From Candidatus Omnitrophota bacterium (GTDB lineage: Bacteria > Omnitrophota > Gorgyraeia > 1-14-0-20-64-10): a stretch of 64,000 nucleotides of DNA. The notes beneath the pieces are model-generated. The model searched no databases. It saw nothing but the letters and a program-made list of their open reading frames with translations, and had not been told where the DNA came from. The position numbers were made by a program, and so were the translations under genes. Shown here in pieces: positions 32,783-41,773 of this stretch. Within the stretch, counting starts at the first letter, position 1; the number at the start of each line of letters is the position of its first letter. The stretch lies in NCBI GenBank assembly GCA_023818695.1, contig JAMWCF010000001.1, forward strand, positions 403,306-467,305. Reading direction: 5' to 3'.

Positions 32783-33895
32783 TCACCTCTCTAAAACAGA
32801 CCGGATGGATAACCGCACAATCCGGTCAGGCACGCCGGTTTGGACAATGGCCCGGCCGATCCCCGTGGGTAAAACCCAACGGTTCCGGCCGATCGACCAT
32901 TTTTTATCCTGCGCCATGGCTTTTAAAAGATCGGCTTCCTTGACGCCTCGGACGGTCTGCGGCAGACCCGCATGACGGAGGAGCCCCTGAATCTTCTCAA
33001 GCTCCGAATCACCTATTTTATTCAAACGCAGGGCTATATCGGCGGCGACCTTCATCCCAACCGAAACAGCTTCTCCATGCGTGTAGGCCGTGCCGTAGCG
33101 GGTCGCCGCTTCGAGGGCATGACCGAAAGTGTGCCCGAAGTTCAGCAACGTCCTGATGGAACGAGTCTCTTTCTCATCCTGTTCAACAGCCCATCTCTTC
33201 ACAAGGATGGCCCGTGAGATGACCCACCCCAGCCGATTTGTGGAAGACCGCAAGGCGGAGAGGGGTGTCGCTTCCAAAAACCGAAAAAGAGCGGCATCCC
33301 GGATGACCGCGCACTTGACCACTTCCGCCAAGCCGGATCGGAATTGCCTGTCAGGCAGGGTTTTTAAGAACTCGAGATCGATAAAAACTAATCGCGGCTG
33401 AACGAACAAACCCACAAGATTTTTCCCGTGAGGCAGGTCTATCCCCGTCTTGCCGCCGATAGATGAATCTACTTGGGCCAAGAGGGTCGTCGGAACCTGT
33501 ACAAAAGGAATTCCGCGCCTGTAAATCCCAGCCGCTACGCCGCCGAGGTCTCCAACAACGCCGCCACCGATAAGAACAAGGAAGAGCTTTCTACCGGGAC
33601 CGTCCCAGCTGGCCAACCGCGACAAAACCGTCCCCAACATCGTAAAACTTTTGCTCCGTTCCGTGTCGGGAATGGTCATCGACTTGACCTCAAAACCGGC
33701 GCGGCGAATCGATGCTGCCGCCTGGCGCGTCAATCCTGAAGCGCGCTGGATCGTCGGATTGGTGAGAATAACGGCGTGCGTCCCGAGCTGCAGCCGTTTT
33801 ATCTCCTGCCCCAGGCGAGCCAGATGACCGGATCCCAGAAGAATATCGTAGCTGTTCACGCCCAAACGGATGGATATACGGGATGGAAATTTCAT
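32783..33895 (-). CDS. aroB: 3-dehydroquinate synthase
   Basis: LIGGGVVGDLGG nucleotide-binding motif and the metal-binding region HTFGHALE...HGEAV. The protein is 370 aa. Confidence 0.9.
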   Translation of the reverse strand: MKFPSRISIRLGVNSYDILLGSGHLARLGQEIKRLQLGTHAVILTNPTIQRASGLTRQAAASIRRAGFEVKSMTIPDTERSKSFTMLGTVLSRLASWDGPGRKLFLVLIGGGVVGDLGGVAAGIYRRGIPFVQVPTTLLAQVDSSIGGKTGIDLPHGKNLVGLFVQPRLVFIDLEFLKTLPDRQFRSGLAEVVKCAVIRDAALFRFLEATPLSALRSSTNRLGWVISRAILVKRWAVEQDEKETRSIRTLLNFGHTFGHALEAATRYGTAYTHGEAVSVGMKVAADIALRLNKIGDSELEKIQGLLRHAGLPQTVRGVKEADLLKAMAQDKKWSIGRNRWVLPTGIGRAIVQTGVPDRIVRLSIRSVLER

Positions 33896-34512
33896 TGCAC
33901 CCCCAAAAACCGGGCCATGTGATAAACAACCGGCATCATGATCCTGTCAATGACGCCCAGATAAAGGAGCGCCATCACCAGCACGATCCCCCACTTTTCC
34001 AATAAAGCCAGCATTCGTGCCGCATGGGCCGGCAGCAATCCCCCCAAAACGCGGGAACCGTCCAGCGGGGGAATCGGCAGAAGGTTGAATGTCCCCAGCA
34101 GAAGATTCACCAGGATAAGATACCTCACCAGAGGAATTGCCAGCGGGGGCAGCCACTCCTGAAAAAACTTGAGCATGAACGCCGCCGCGGCGGCCAAACT
34201 GTAATTGGCCAGGGGACCCGCCGCCCCCACCCATAACATATCCCTTCTGGGGTGCCTGAAATAGAGGGCGTTGACCGGGACCGGTCTCGCCCATCCGAAA
34301 ACAACGGGGGCTCTCAGCAGCATCAGAAACAGCGGCAGACCGACCGTTCCCACGGGATCGATGTGTTTGAATGGATTGAAAGTCAACCGGCCGGCTTTCC
34401 AGGCGGTCGGATCCCCCAAAAAGAGAGCCACCCACCCATGGCTCACCTCATGGACCATGACGGAAACCATGAAAAGAGGGAACAAAAGCAGGAAACCGTA
34501 GAAGACGTCCAT
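33892..34512 (-). CDS. Site-2 protease family (peptidase M50) membrane metalloprotease
   Basis: MVHEVSHG (HExxH) lies in the first TM helix, and the protein is multi-TM. ATG at 34512 overlaps the nnrE stop (TAATG). The ORF-track start at 34626 lies inside nnrE. Confidence 0.8.
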   Translation of the reverse strand: MDVFYGFLLLFPLFMVSVMVHEVSHGWVALFLGDPTAWKAGRLTFNPFKHIDPVGTVGLPLFLMLLRAPVVFGWARPVPVNALYFRHPRRDMLWVGAAGPLANYSLAAAAAFMLKFFQEWLPPLAIPLVRYLILVNLLLGTFNLLPIPPLDGSRVLGGLLPAHAARMLALLEKWGIVLVMALLYLGVIDRIMMPVVYHMARFLGVQ

Positions 34513-35213
34513 TATGCTGCAAACCTCTGGATGACTTTCCTCGGAAGGGAGATGTCCGCGACGACGATCCGACCCGCATAGGAGGGCCCCCTGCCCCTCT
34601 TTAAACCGACCTTCGGGAATCCGCACGTGACGGTCACATCGGCTTTCACGGCCTCAGGGAACGGATCTCCCGTATCAGCGGAAAGCCCGGAAGGAATGTC
34701 AACCGCGACAACCGGAAAAGACCGGCTGTTCAGCCATCGAATGATCGAAAGAATCGGCTCCCGCAGGGGACCGGTAAAACCCGTTCCTAAAAGGGCGTCC
34801 ACCGCCAGCCGGATGGAATGGTCCCTTCGGCACCAGCGCCGCCACGCTTCGACCGAATCGGTCCGGTGAATCCTGATGCCGGATTTCCGAAGGATATTGA
34901 AATTGATTCTCGAAGCTCCCGACAACAGCCCGGGGTCCCCGGCGAAAACAACTTCCACGGGAATACCGCTGTTGTCCAGAGACCTGGCAGCGACAAAACC
35001 ATCGCCGCCATTAGCCCCCCTACCGGAAAAAATGACGACATTTCCGGCGCCTTTTTTCCCGTCCTTCTTCAAAATCTTCTTCGCGATGTCCGCCACAGCC
35101 CATCCGGCATGTTCCATCAAAATAAGATCGGGAACGCCAAACCGCTCTTGGGCCAAGCGATCCGCGGCGCGCATTCGCGCCGCCGTCAAGGGCTTCGAGA
35201 GGCTAGCGGACAA
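34512..35213 (-). CDS. nnrE: NAD(P)H-hydrate epimerase (YjeF N-terminal domain)
   Basis: GRGANGGDGFVAAR and the DALLGTGF pattern of YjeF_N. The protein is 233 aa. Confidence 0.8.
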   Translation of the reverse strand: MSASLSKPLTAARMRAADRLAQERFGVPDLILMEHAGWAVADIAKKILKKDGKKGAGNVVIFSGRGANGGDGFVAARSLDNSGIPVEVVFAGDPGLLSGASRINFNILRKSGIRIHRTDSVEAWRRWCRRDHSIRLAVDALLGTGFTGPLREPILSIIRWLNSRSFPVVAVDIPSGLSADTGDPFPEAVKADVTVTCGFPKVGLKRGRGPSYAGRIVVADISLPRKVIQRFAA

Positions 35214-35523
35214 CGGATCCAGGCGGCATAACCCGCTCCGGAAGAACCAGGCTCAAATGCTCGCCATCCGAAGCCGCTAAAAGCATGCCGTGAGACGTCA
35301 CCCCACGGATGGTAGCCGGTTCCAGGTTATCAACCACAACGATCAGCTTCCCGACCAATTCGGAGGGAAGATAATGGCGGGCTATCCCCGCGACAATCTC
35401 TTTCTGAACGCCTCCGGTATCAACTTTCAAAATGAGAAGTTTGTCAGCATCCGGATGAGCCCGAGCTTCGACAACTCGGGCGACCTTCAAAACGATTTCA
35501 CGGAATTGATCGATTGTCACCAC
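35203..35523 (-). CDS. tRNA-binding domain protein (CsaA / MetRS C-terminal-like)
   Basis: 106 aa. KVARVVEARAHPDADKLLILKVDTG...VVVDNLEPATIRGVTSHGMLLA is the OB-fold tRNA_bind pattern. Confidence 0.8.
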   Translation of the reverse strand: MVTIDQFREIVLKVARVVEARAHPDADKLLILKVDTGGVQKEIVAGIARHYLPSELVGKLIVVVDNLEPATIRGVTSHGMLLAASDGEHLSLVLPERVMPPGSVVR

Positions 35524-36052
35524 CTAACACCCCTTCCTCTTTGGCAAAGTAGGTCACATACAACCGGTTCACCCAACCGATCCCTTTCCCTGCCGCTTCA
35601 ATCTCGGCCCAATCGCGGACGAACCGCTTTACTCGGACACGTTGTCCTTCAGAGAGCGAACCGACGCCCGCATAGGCCATCCCGGGACCGGTTCGAATGC
35701 GCACGCGGGACCGCGCCAAAGCGCTGGAGCCATCCCCTTCCATCTGGAGATTTCCTTTGAGCACATATACAGAAATGGCCGGAGGGAGCCGGACGCCATA
35801 CCAGTCTCCCCGCTTTTGAAGAACCTGCACACGGTTTCCTTTTGAAAGCTGGGAGATCACCTCGGCGGAAAGGGAGGGGGCGGACCGGATATTCACGCGA
35901 TCTCCGGTGATCAAGCCGACAAAAGGAGGCGGTGTTTCCTCCGAGATATCCGCAACGGCCGCTCCGGGCATCCCATTTTCGTTTTCGGGATACCCTTGCG
36001 CGCACATCAAGAGGCATATGACAGCGAAAGCGGCAGTCGCTTGGAAAAGCAC
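35498..36052 (-). CDS. Secreted protein with two bacterial SH3 domains
   Basis: Signal-like N-terminus MLFQATAAFAVICLLMCAQG. GDRVNIRSAPSLSAEVISQL...WYGV and RVRIRTGPGMAYAGVGSL...WAEI are SH3_3 patterns. Confidence 0.7.
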   Translation of the reverse strand: MLFQATAAFAVICLLMCAQGYPENENGMPGAAVADISEETPPPFVGLITGDRVNIRSAPSLSAEVISQLSKGNRVQVLQKRGDWYGVRLPPAISVYVLKGNLQMEGDGSSALARSRVRIRTGPGMAYAGVGSLSEGQRVRVKRFVRDWAEIEAAGKGIGWVNRLYVTYFAKEEGVLGGDNRSIP

Positions 36053-36060
36053 CTGACTGG

Positions 36061-36369
36061 TTACTTTTTAGGAGCCGCCGCTCCTTTGGCGGGAGGCGCA
36101 GCCCCCGCCTTGGGGGTCACCGGAGCAGCTCCCTGCCCCGCAGCCGCTTCAGCGCCCGAAGTACCTGCGGCCGCTTCTTCCGCCTTGGCGGCTTTTTCCT
36201 TCTTGATTTTGATCTTGATGTTTTTAACCTTCGGAAGCCCCAGGACGGAACCGGAAGAGATATCCAGCACGCCTCGCTCCTGTAAAATTTTAATCCTCTC
36301 CAGGCGGGATAAAACAGAGCGGTGCCGCTTCATGGTATTAGATGATTTGTAGCTTGAATGAATCGACAT
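36061..36369 (-). CDS. Small basic protein (TIGR04137-like core) with an Ala/Lys/Pro-rich tail
   Basis: The core, KRHRSVLSRLERIKILQERG...VLGLPKVKN, resembles the small basic protein family as I recall it. Residues ~52-102 are low complexity (KIKIKKEKAAKAEEAAAG...GAAPPAKGAAAPKK). Confidence 0.5.
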   Translation of the reverse strand: MSIHSSYKSSNTMKRHRSVLSRLERIKILQERGVLDISSGSVLGLPKVKNIKIKIKKEKAAKAEEAAAGTSGAEAAAGQGAAPVTPKAGAAPPAKGAAAPKK

Positions 36370-36390
36370 TTTTCCCTCTTCTTTAGATCG

Positions 36391-36966
36391 TCAGCTTGAA
36401 GAAAGCCGCTTCACAAAACCGTCGTGATACGTCTTGCGCAGGGTGGCCAATTTATCCATCGCCTCCATTTTGGATCGATATCCCACCACCCGAAGTTCAT
36501 AATACTTTCCCTGTTTTATAACGCGCGGATTAAATCCCTGCCGCCGCAGACGATCTGCCTCGGCTTGAGCGGAATGGACCCCCACATAAGAAGCCAGTTG
36601 AATCACATACGGTCCCTCCGGCACGGCCGCAGCAGAAACCGCGGCCTCGGATGTCTCTCTGGCGGACTGCTGTTTGTCCCGTTGAATGACTTGAACAGCC
36701 TTTACCGGGTTTTCTTCCGGCCTGGAAAGGACCGCCTGCCCAACCGCTTCAACCCGTTCCATCCGATCCGCCGAACCACCCAGTTGTTTGCCCCGTTCAA
36801 CACCGATACAAAAACCTGCCAGCAACACGAGAATTAAACTCAATACCGAAAAAATAACGTCCTCATAGGCAACCCGAAACCGAACAAATTGGTGGGGAAA
36901 CAACGGCGGCACAATCCGCTTTCGCTTACCCTCTGGCTGGAAATTCTCAAACAGCTCCGATTGCAT
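36391..36966 (-). CDS. SPOR domain membrane protein
   Basis: One TM helix (VIFSVLSLILVLLAGFCIGV) and a C-terminal SPOR region, YVIQLASYVGVHSAQAEADRLRRQGF...YYELRVVGYRSKMEA. Confidence 0.75.
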   Translation of the reverse strand: MQSELFENFQPEGKRKRIVPPLFPHQFVRFRVAYEDVIFSVLSLILVLLAGFCIGVERGKQLGGSADRMERVEAVGQAVLSRPEENPVKAVQVIQRDKQQSARETSEAAVSAAAVPEGPYVIQLASYVGVHSAQAEADRLRRQGFNPRVIKQGKYYELRVVGYRSKMEAMDKLATLRKTYHDGFVKRLSSS

Positions 36967-37041
36967 GAAACTTTATTATAACAAAGAAAAACCGATCAAA
37001 AAAGAGTTGTTTTTAACCATAATACATTTATTTGCAAAAAG

Positions 37042-40000
37042 TTATGCTTCGCTTGCAGGACAGAGGCGCCGAAAGTCGCATCGCCGGCATTTGAAAAAGG
37101 AGGGGGTGGGGGAAAAATCGCTTTGCCGGATCTCCTCGATAAGATCCTCGATTTTCTGATAGGTCTTCTCAAGGGAAGCGGGATCGATCTCAAATGAGAG
37201 CTTTTCATTCACCTGAAGGAAATAAAAACCGATCTTCTTGGGGTCCATGTTGAAATTTTTCTTCACGGCCAGAGCATAAAGACGTAATTGGAGCTGCTCG
37301 TCTTCGCTGGCGTCATCTTTCGGCTTCCCCGTCTTGTAATCCACTATTTCAACCCCCCCCTCAGGCAACGGGTCAACCCTGTCGATGACGCCTTTGAGAA
37401 AGAAATCGCCGAAGGGAAGCAAGAACGGTTTTTCCAATAAAAGCGGCATGCCGAAGTTCCCTTCATGCTTCCTGTAAAAAGCCGAGAGCATTTCATCTCC
37501 CCTGCGCCGGTATTCTTCATCCTGTCCGGCCTCCCCATACCGACCTGGAACATGACACCGGTGAAAGGTATCCAGAAGATCGGCAAGCGAAGGGGTTTCC
37601 CCTGTGACGACCCGCCTGAAAAAAGCCTCCAAACAGGCATGCAGATCGACGCCGAAGGACATCTGCGGGGTCGGCTTCACGGGAATCTGGTAGAGATAGG
37701 CGAACTTGTACTTCAGAGGGCAGTACCGGAACGTTTCCAATTGGGTATAGCTGAATTTCGTCTGTGGCGCGACAGCCGCATGGATAAATCGGGTGTGCAT
37801 CTGGCTCTGCTTTCCAAGCAGAAGAGACGCCGCTGTTTTCAGCTCTTCCATCAGTCTTTCAAAACCGGATTGATCATCTCTGTTGAGAGATCTGATGCTC
37901 CGGATGATTTGAAGAATCCTCCGCTCCTCGTGAAGGGAGGCGACAGGAATCGTCGCCCCCTGCAGAAACGGATTCTGCATACCATCCTCCAGCGCGGAAA
38001 CGGCCGAACGGAGATCTTCCACAGCAACCTGTTTTCCCAGCCCCTCTTCCTTTATTTCCTGAATAAAAACGGAAGGGCGCTGATAAGGCCTGTCCCTGGT
38101 CATCAGGAAAAGCTCTTTCCGGGCACGCGTACAGGCCACGTAACACAAGCGCCTTTCTTCTTGGAGATGGTAATCTCCCTGCGGAAGCCTTTCCTTCATG
38201 AGCTCGTCGGGAAAAGGGATCGGTTCCGGCCTGGTTCTGGTTGGAAAGCGGCCTTGAACATTGGACAGGAGAATGACCCAATCGAACTCCAAACCCTTGG
38301 CCTGATGGATGGACATCATCCGGACGGCGTCAAGACGCAACCCGGCATCTTCCTCATCTTCCTGCGGGAGATCTCCTCCCGCCTCCTGGTAGGCATCCGC
38401 ATACCAGAGAAATTCCTCAAGCGTCCTCTTTTGGGGATGGTTGTGCGCATAGCGGTGAACAAACCGGAGGAACCTCCCAAGGCAAACAAGGGAATCCTGC
38501 CCTTCCTGGACCGGCAGGCAAAAAAGCATCCGCAGGGATCCTTCTTCCAGAACAGCCTGCACCAACTGGTCGATTCCGGTCCGAAACGCGCGGGTTCTGA
38601 AGGCATCCCACTCTCTCACAAATTCCCCCAGGGCGTGTTTTCCCTCTTTTGAAACGGCGCTCAAACCATCCGGTCTTTTGAGCAGATCAAAAAGGGCAAC
38701 CTGACGCTCCCTGGCAGAGGCATTGAGTGCCAGTAGGTCGTCCACTGAAATCCCCCAAACCGGCAGATTCAAGACCCGGAAAAGCTCAATGGTGTCGCTT
38801 GGGTCATGGATCACCTTCAGGAAAGAAACAACGTCCTTGATCTCCGGATGGTCGAAAAGGGAGCTTCCCCCCTGCGTGATAAACGGGATACCGTTGCGTC
38901 TTAAGCTTTCAGCCGCATATTCACGGTGGGCATGGGCCCGATAGAAAACCGCCACGCGGCTGAAACTCCGCTCCGCCAGGGGCTGTCCCTCATAAATCTC
39001 GCGGATTTTCTGGGCGACGGTTTCCGCCTCATGAAGGTCGTCGTGGCACACAAGGATCCTGACGGGAGAACCCTCGAGACCCTCCGTCCACAGATTCTTT
39101 GCGGGGTCGTACCGGTCCGGTTCATTGCGTCGGATAAACCGGTTGGAAACCTCAAGAATGTTCTGGGTCGACCGGTAGTTTCTGAAGAGGCGGATCGTGC
39201 GAACCTGGGGAAACATCTCCTTCATCAGCAAGAAACTGGCAAAAGAGGCGCCTCGGAACCGGTAAATGGCCTGATCGTCGTCACCGACCACGCACAGATT
39301 CCCATCCGAACCCGCCAAAAGGCCCAGAAGACGGATTTGGGCTACGTTCGTATCCTGGAACTCATCAACAACGATGTAGCGGTAGCGTCGGCGCATCCGT
39401 TCCAGCAAAGCGGGTTTCTCCCGGAGTGTCCTATAGGTTTCAAGCAGCAGATCGCCGAAATCAAAGCAGCCGGCGGCTTTCAGCTCCTCTTGATAGGTCC
39501 GGTAAACCCTCGCCACTTCCGCGGCTCTGGCGCGCTCCTGCGGATCGGTCAATCTCCGGGCGTAATCAGAAAATTCTTCAGGAGTGACAAGTTCATCCTT
39601 GGCTCTGCTGATAAACCTCAAAAAACCATCGATGCAATCAGCCGGATAGGCGATATTCCAATAATGGGACAGCTTCAAGCGCGGCAGGAGGCGCCGGAAA
39701 AAGATCCAGGATTCCGGCCGGTCCAACAACTGGAAGCGGGCGGGACCGCCCGACTCCCCCCCCTCTTCCTGCAGAAACCGGTGGCAAAATCCATGGAAAG
39801 TGAGTATCTCCAAATCCCCATCCCGGCTTTCCAGAAGCTGTTCAGCGCGCCTCTTGAGCTCTTCGGCGGATTTCCTCGAAAAGGACAAGGCCAAAACATT
39901 TTCTGGTCGCACATCCGGTTTGGATTCCAAGAGAAAGGCGATTCGGTGGGCAATTACACGCGTCTTGCCCGTACCGGCTCCAGCGATGATGAGCAGGGGA

Positions 40001-40113
40001 CCTTCCGTCGTCAGGACCGCTTCTCGCTGATCCGGGTTCAGCCCCTTTAGAAGCGGGGATTCCGCGTCACTTGTTCGTGACAGCTTTAATGGAGAGGGGA
40101 AACTCAAAGTCAA
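37042..40113 (-). CDS. UvrD-type helicase fused to a C-terminal PD-(D/E)XK (Cas4/AddB-like) nuclease domain
   Basis: Helicase motifs IIAGAGTGKTRV, YIVVDEFQDTN and CYVACTRARKEL. The C-terminal ~250 aa has a nuclease-like core (IDRVD...EIVDYKTGK) and terminal cysteines CRRCDFRRLC. Confidence 0.85.
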   Translation of the reverse strand: MTLSFPSPLKLSRTSDAESPLLKGLNPDQREAVLTTEGPLLIIAGAGTGKTRVIAHRIAFLLESKPDVRPENVLALSFSRKSAEELKRRAEQLLESRDGDLEILTFHGFCHRFLQEEGGESGGPARFQLLDRPESWIFFRRLLPRLKLSHYWNIAYPADCIDGFLRFISRAKDELVTPEEFSDYARRLTDPQERARAAEVARVYRTYQEELKAAGCFDFGDLLLETYRTLREKPALLERMRRRYRYIVVDEFQDTNVAQIRLLGLLAGSDGNLCVVGDDDQAIYRFRGASFASFLLMKEMFPQVRTIRLFRNYRSTQNILEVSNRFIRRNEPDRYDPAKNLWTEGLEGSPVRILVCHDDLHEAETVAQKIREIYEGQPLAERSFSRVAVFYRAHAHREYAAESLRRNGIPFITQGGSSLFDHPEIKDVVSFLKVIHDPSDTIELFRVLNLPVWGISVDDLLALNASARERQVALFDLLKRPDGLSAVSKEGKHALGEFVREWDAFRTRAFRTGIDQLVQAVLEEGSLRMLFCLPVQEGQDSLVCLGRFLRFVHRYAHNHPQKRTLEEFLWYADAYQEAGGDLPQEDEEDAGLRLDAVRMMSIHQAKGLEFDWVILLSNVQGRFPTRTRPEPIPFPDELMKERLPQGDYHLQEERRLCYVACTRARKELFLMTRDRPYQRPSVFIQEIKEEGLGKQVAVEDLRSAVSALEDGMQNPFLQGATIPVASLHEERRILQIIRSIRSLNRDDQSGFERLMEELKTAASLLLGKQSQMHTRFIHAAVAPQTKFSYTQLETFRYCPLKYKFAYLYQIPVKPTPQMSFGVDLHACLEAFFRRVVTGETPSLADLLDTFHRCHVPGRYGEAGQDEEYRRRGDEMLSAFYRKHEGNFGMPLLLEKPFLLPFGDFFLKGVIDRVDPLPEGGVEIVDYKTGKPKDDASEDEQLQLRLYALAVKKNFNMDPKKIGFYFLQVNEKLSFEIDPASLEKTYQKIEDLIEEIRQSDFSPTPSFFKCRRCDFRRLCPASEA

Positions 40114-40828
40114 GAGAGGTGTTCGGCAGATCCGCGGGGCTGAAATCGGTCTTGAGATTTCCGATGATTAAACGGACTGACGTGGCGTTCGGGTGCGGCC
40201 TCGGGAAAGCGATGTATCCATCATAAGCGATGCCCGGATGCACGTAGCCCGCCCCCAACCGAACCTGCTTGATCAGGTAATGGAGCTTGCGGCCGGCCCC
40301 CGACCCCATGGACCCCGCCACCTTCAGAGGTATCCCGTAAGGGCCGGGAGCCAAATCTCCGGTCGTCTTCGCAAAAGCCCAGACGTTCGTTCTGGCCTCA
40401 TAGATTGCCGAAATGTTGTCCGGGGAGAGCTCCGAGTACTGGATATTGATGTTGTCTATCAAAACAAAATCCTCCGGGTTGACCTTGATCTTCTTCCCGC
40501 TGTGATTCGCGATCCGGATATAAAAAACGAGCGTCTCCTCCGGGTACGGATTCTTGCCGGCCAGTTTGCCGAAGATCTCCTCTTTCTCGAAAAACCGGTC
40601 CAACTCCTCCGGGCTCGCAAACCGGATGGTCACATCGACACCGGACTTCGAAAGAGAGGAGGAGATCGGATCAACGGTGATCGACGCCGCGAGCGATTCC
40701 GGCCTGCGCATCTCAATCTCGCCCTTCGGTCTTTCAATCCCGGGAGTAAAACCACCCCTGCAACCGGAGCTGACGGCCACGATCCCACACAACCCGAAAG
40801 AAACAAAGACTCTCCTCATTGGGCTCAT
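40067..40828 (-). CDS. Lipoprotein of unknown function
   Basis: Signal peptide with lipobox GIVAVSSGC. The rest looks beta-rich. The start overlaps the upstream gene stop by 4 nt. Confidence 0.6.
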   Translation of the reverse strand: MSPMRRVFVSFGLCGIVAVSSGCRGGFTPGIERPKGEIEMRRPESLAASITVDPISSSLSKSGVDVTIRFASPEELDRFFEKEEIFGKLAGKNPYPEETLVFYIRIANHSGKKIKVNPEDFVLIDNINIQYSELSPDNISAIYEARTNVWAFAKTTGDLAPGPYGIPLKVAGSMGSGAGRKLHYLIKQVRLGAGYVHPGIAYDGYIAFPRPHPNATSVRLIIGNLKTDFSPADLPNTSLDFEFPLSIKAVTNK

Positions 40829-41520
40829 CGCGCTTTATTCTCCTTGGTGTTGAGCGAAAATGACAAGAAACTTGAAATGAACGATAAAGAAGGCTGTCCT
40901 AAGGTGCCATCCGCACGAAATTGAAAGGGTTCCCATGTCGCGTTTGACCCATCGTCTGATTTTACCAGTTCCAGCTCCCGGAGAACATCCTTTGCTATAG
41001 CACCCTCTACGGATAATTCCATTTCGCGAGTCCGGCTTAACCAGCCTCGCGCATCCGCCCGCATCAATCCCCCCTGCACAACAAGCCGATCCAGCACAAA
41101 ACGGCTGGACCCCACTTGCACGCTGGCGAACCCACCTAAAATGCCGCGGTCCGAGGAGGCGATTCGAAGGACCGACTCTTTCTGGATTCCCCATGTCGGA
41201 GCATCCGCCCGGATCACATCAAATTCCCACCGGGTCGATAAGTTGCCTCCAACGACCGACAGATAACGGGGAATAATTCGAACCTCCTCCACAGAGAAAC
41301 AGCCTCCCGTGGGAGCTTCCACACGCAGGCCGGTCAGGCGCATCAAACGCCAGGGAGCCCATCGGGCCTCCTGCACGGAAACCCGCCATCCTGTCAGGGT
41401 CTCTACTTTCCGGAGTGCCTGCCTGACAGAACTCGTCAGCGGCCAAGAGACGCAGCCCAGCAGCGCGATGACAAACAGAAAGCCCGCTGCAATCAGTGCA
41501 ATCAGCCATTTTTGACTCAT
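40825..41520 (-). CDS. N-terminally anchored envelope protein, distantly AsmA/GspN-like (uncertain)
   Basis: TM helix WLIALIAAGFLFVIALLG. Repeated G...L...V...G beta-like segments and a C-terminal ADGTLGQPSL are reminiscent of AsmA/GspN C-termini. Its boundaries overlap both neighbours by 4 nt. Confidence 0.45.
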   Translation of the reverse strand: MSQKWLIALIAAGFLFVIALLGCVSWPLTSSVRQALRKVETLTGWRVSVQEARWAPWRLMRLTGLRVEAPTGGCFSVEEVRIIPRYLSVVGGNLSTRWEFDVIRADAPTWGIQKESVLRIASSDRGILGGFASVQVGSSRFVLDRLVVQGGLMRADARGWLSRTREMELSVEGAIAKDVLRELELVKSDDGSNATWEPFQFRADGTLGQPSLSFISSFLSFSLNTKENKAR

Positions 41521-41771
41521 GCCGTCAAAAACTCCTCGATATCGGCCAGAACCTGCCGGTCGCTCGGCAGCGAATAAGCGGTGGCGGAACCTACTTCATG
41601 AGCCGATAACCATTTCAGATCCACCAATCCTTTGACGGCTTGCTCGACCACCTTCCCTTCCAAACCAAGCCAGCCGGCGATGCTCCGGATGGATTCAACC
41701 GCATGATCGTGCCGCCGGAAAAACCTCAAAACCTGCTCCTGAACAGGTGAGATGGGAAAAGAAGGCTTCAT
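41517..41771 (-). CDS. Small cytoplasmic protein, possible winged-helix fold
   Basis: 84-aa ORF starting 3 nt after the HD-GYP gene stop. The helix-rich pattern EQVLRFFRRHDHAVESIRSIAGWLGLEG is the only basis for the assignment. Confidence 0.4.
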   Translation of the reverse strand: MKPSFPISPVQEQVLRFFRRHDHAVESIRSIAGWLGLEGKVVEQAVKGLVDLKWLSAHEVGSATAYSLPSDRQVLADIEEFLTA

Positions 41772-41773
41772 TT

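Noticed and set aside
36100-36216. The GC-rich gcc/gcg-rich stretch, as a possible tandem DNA repeat.
   Set aside because: It translates in frame to the Ala/Lys/Pro-rich tail of the small basic protein. There is no exact nucleotide periodicity. It is treated as protein low complexity.
37465-40050. Two long plus-strand ORFs (395 aa and 374 aa), antisense to the helicase-nuclease gene.
   Set aside because: Both are low-complexity Arg/Gly/Pro/Leu-rich translations without motifs. The minus-strand frame carries complete helicase and nuclease motifs. These are shadow ORFs.
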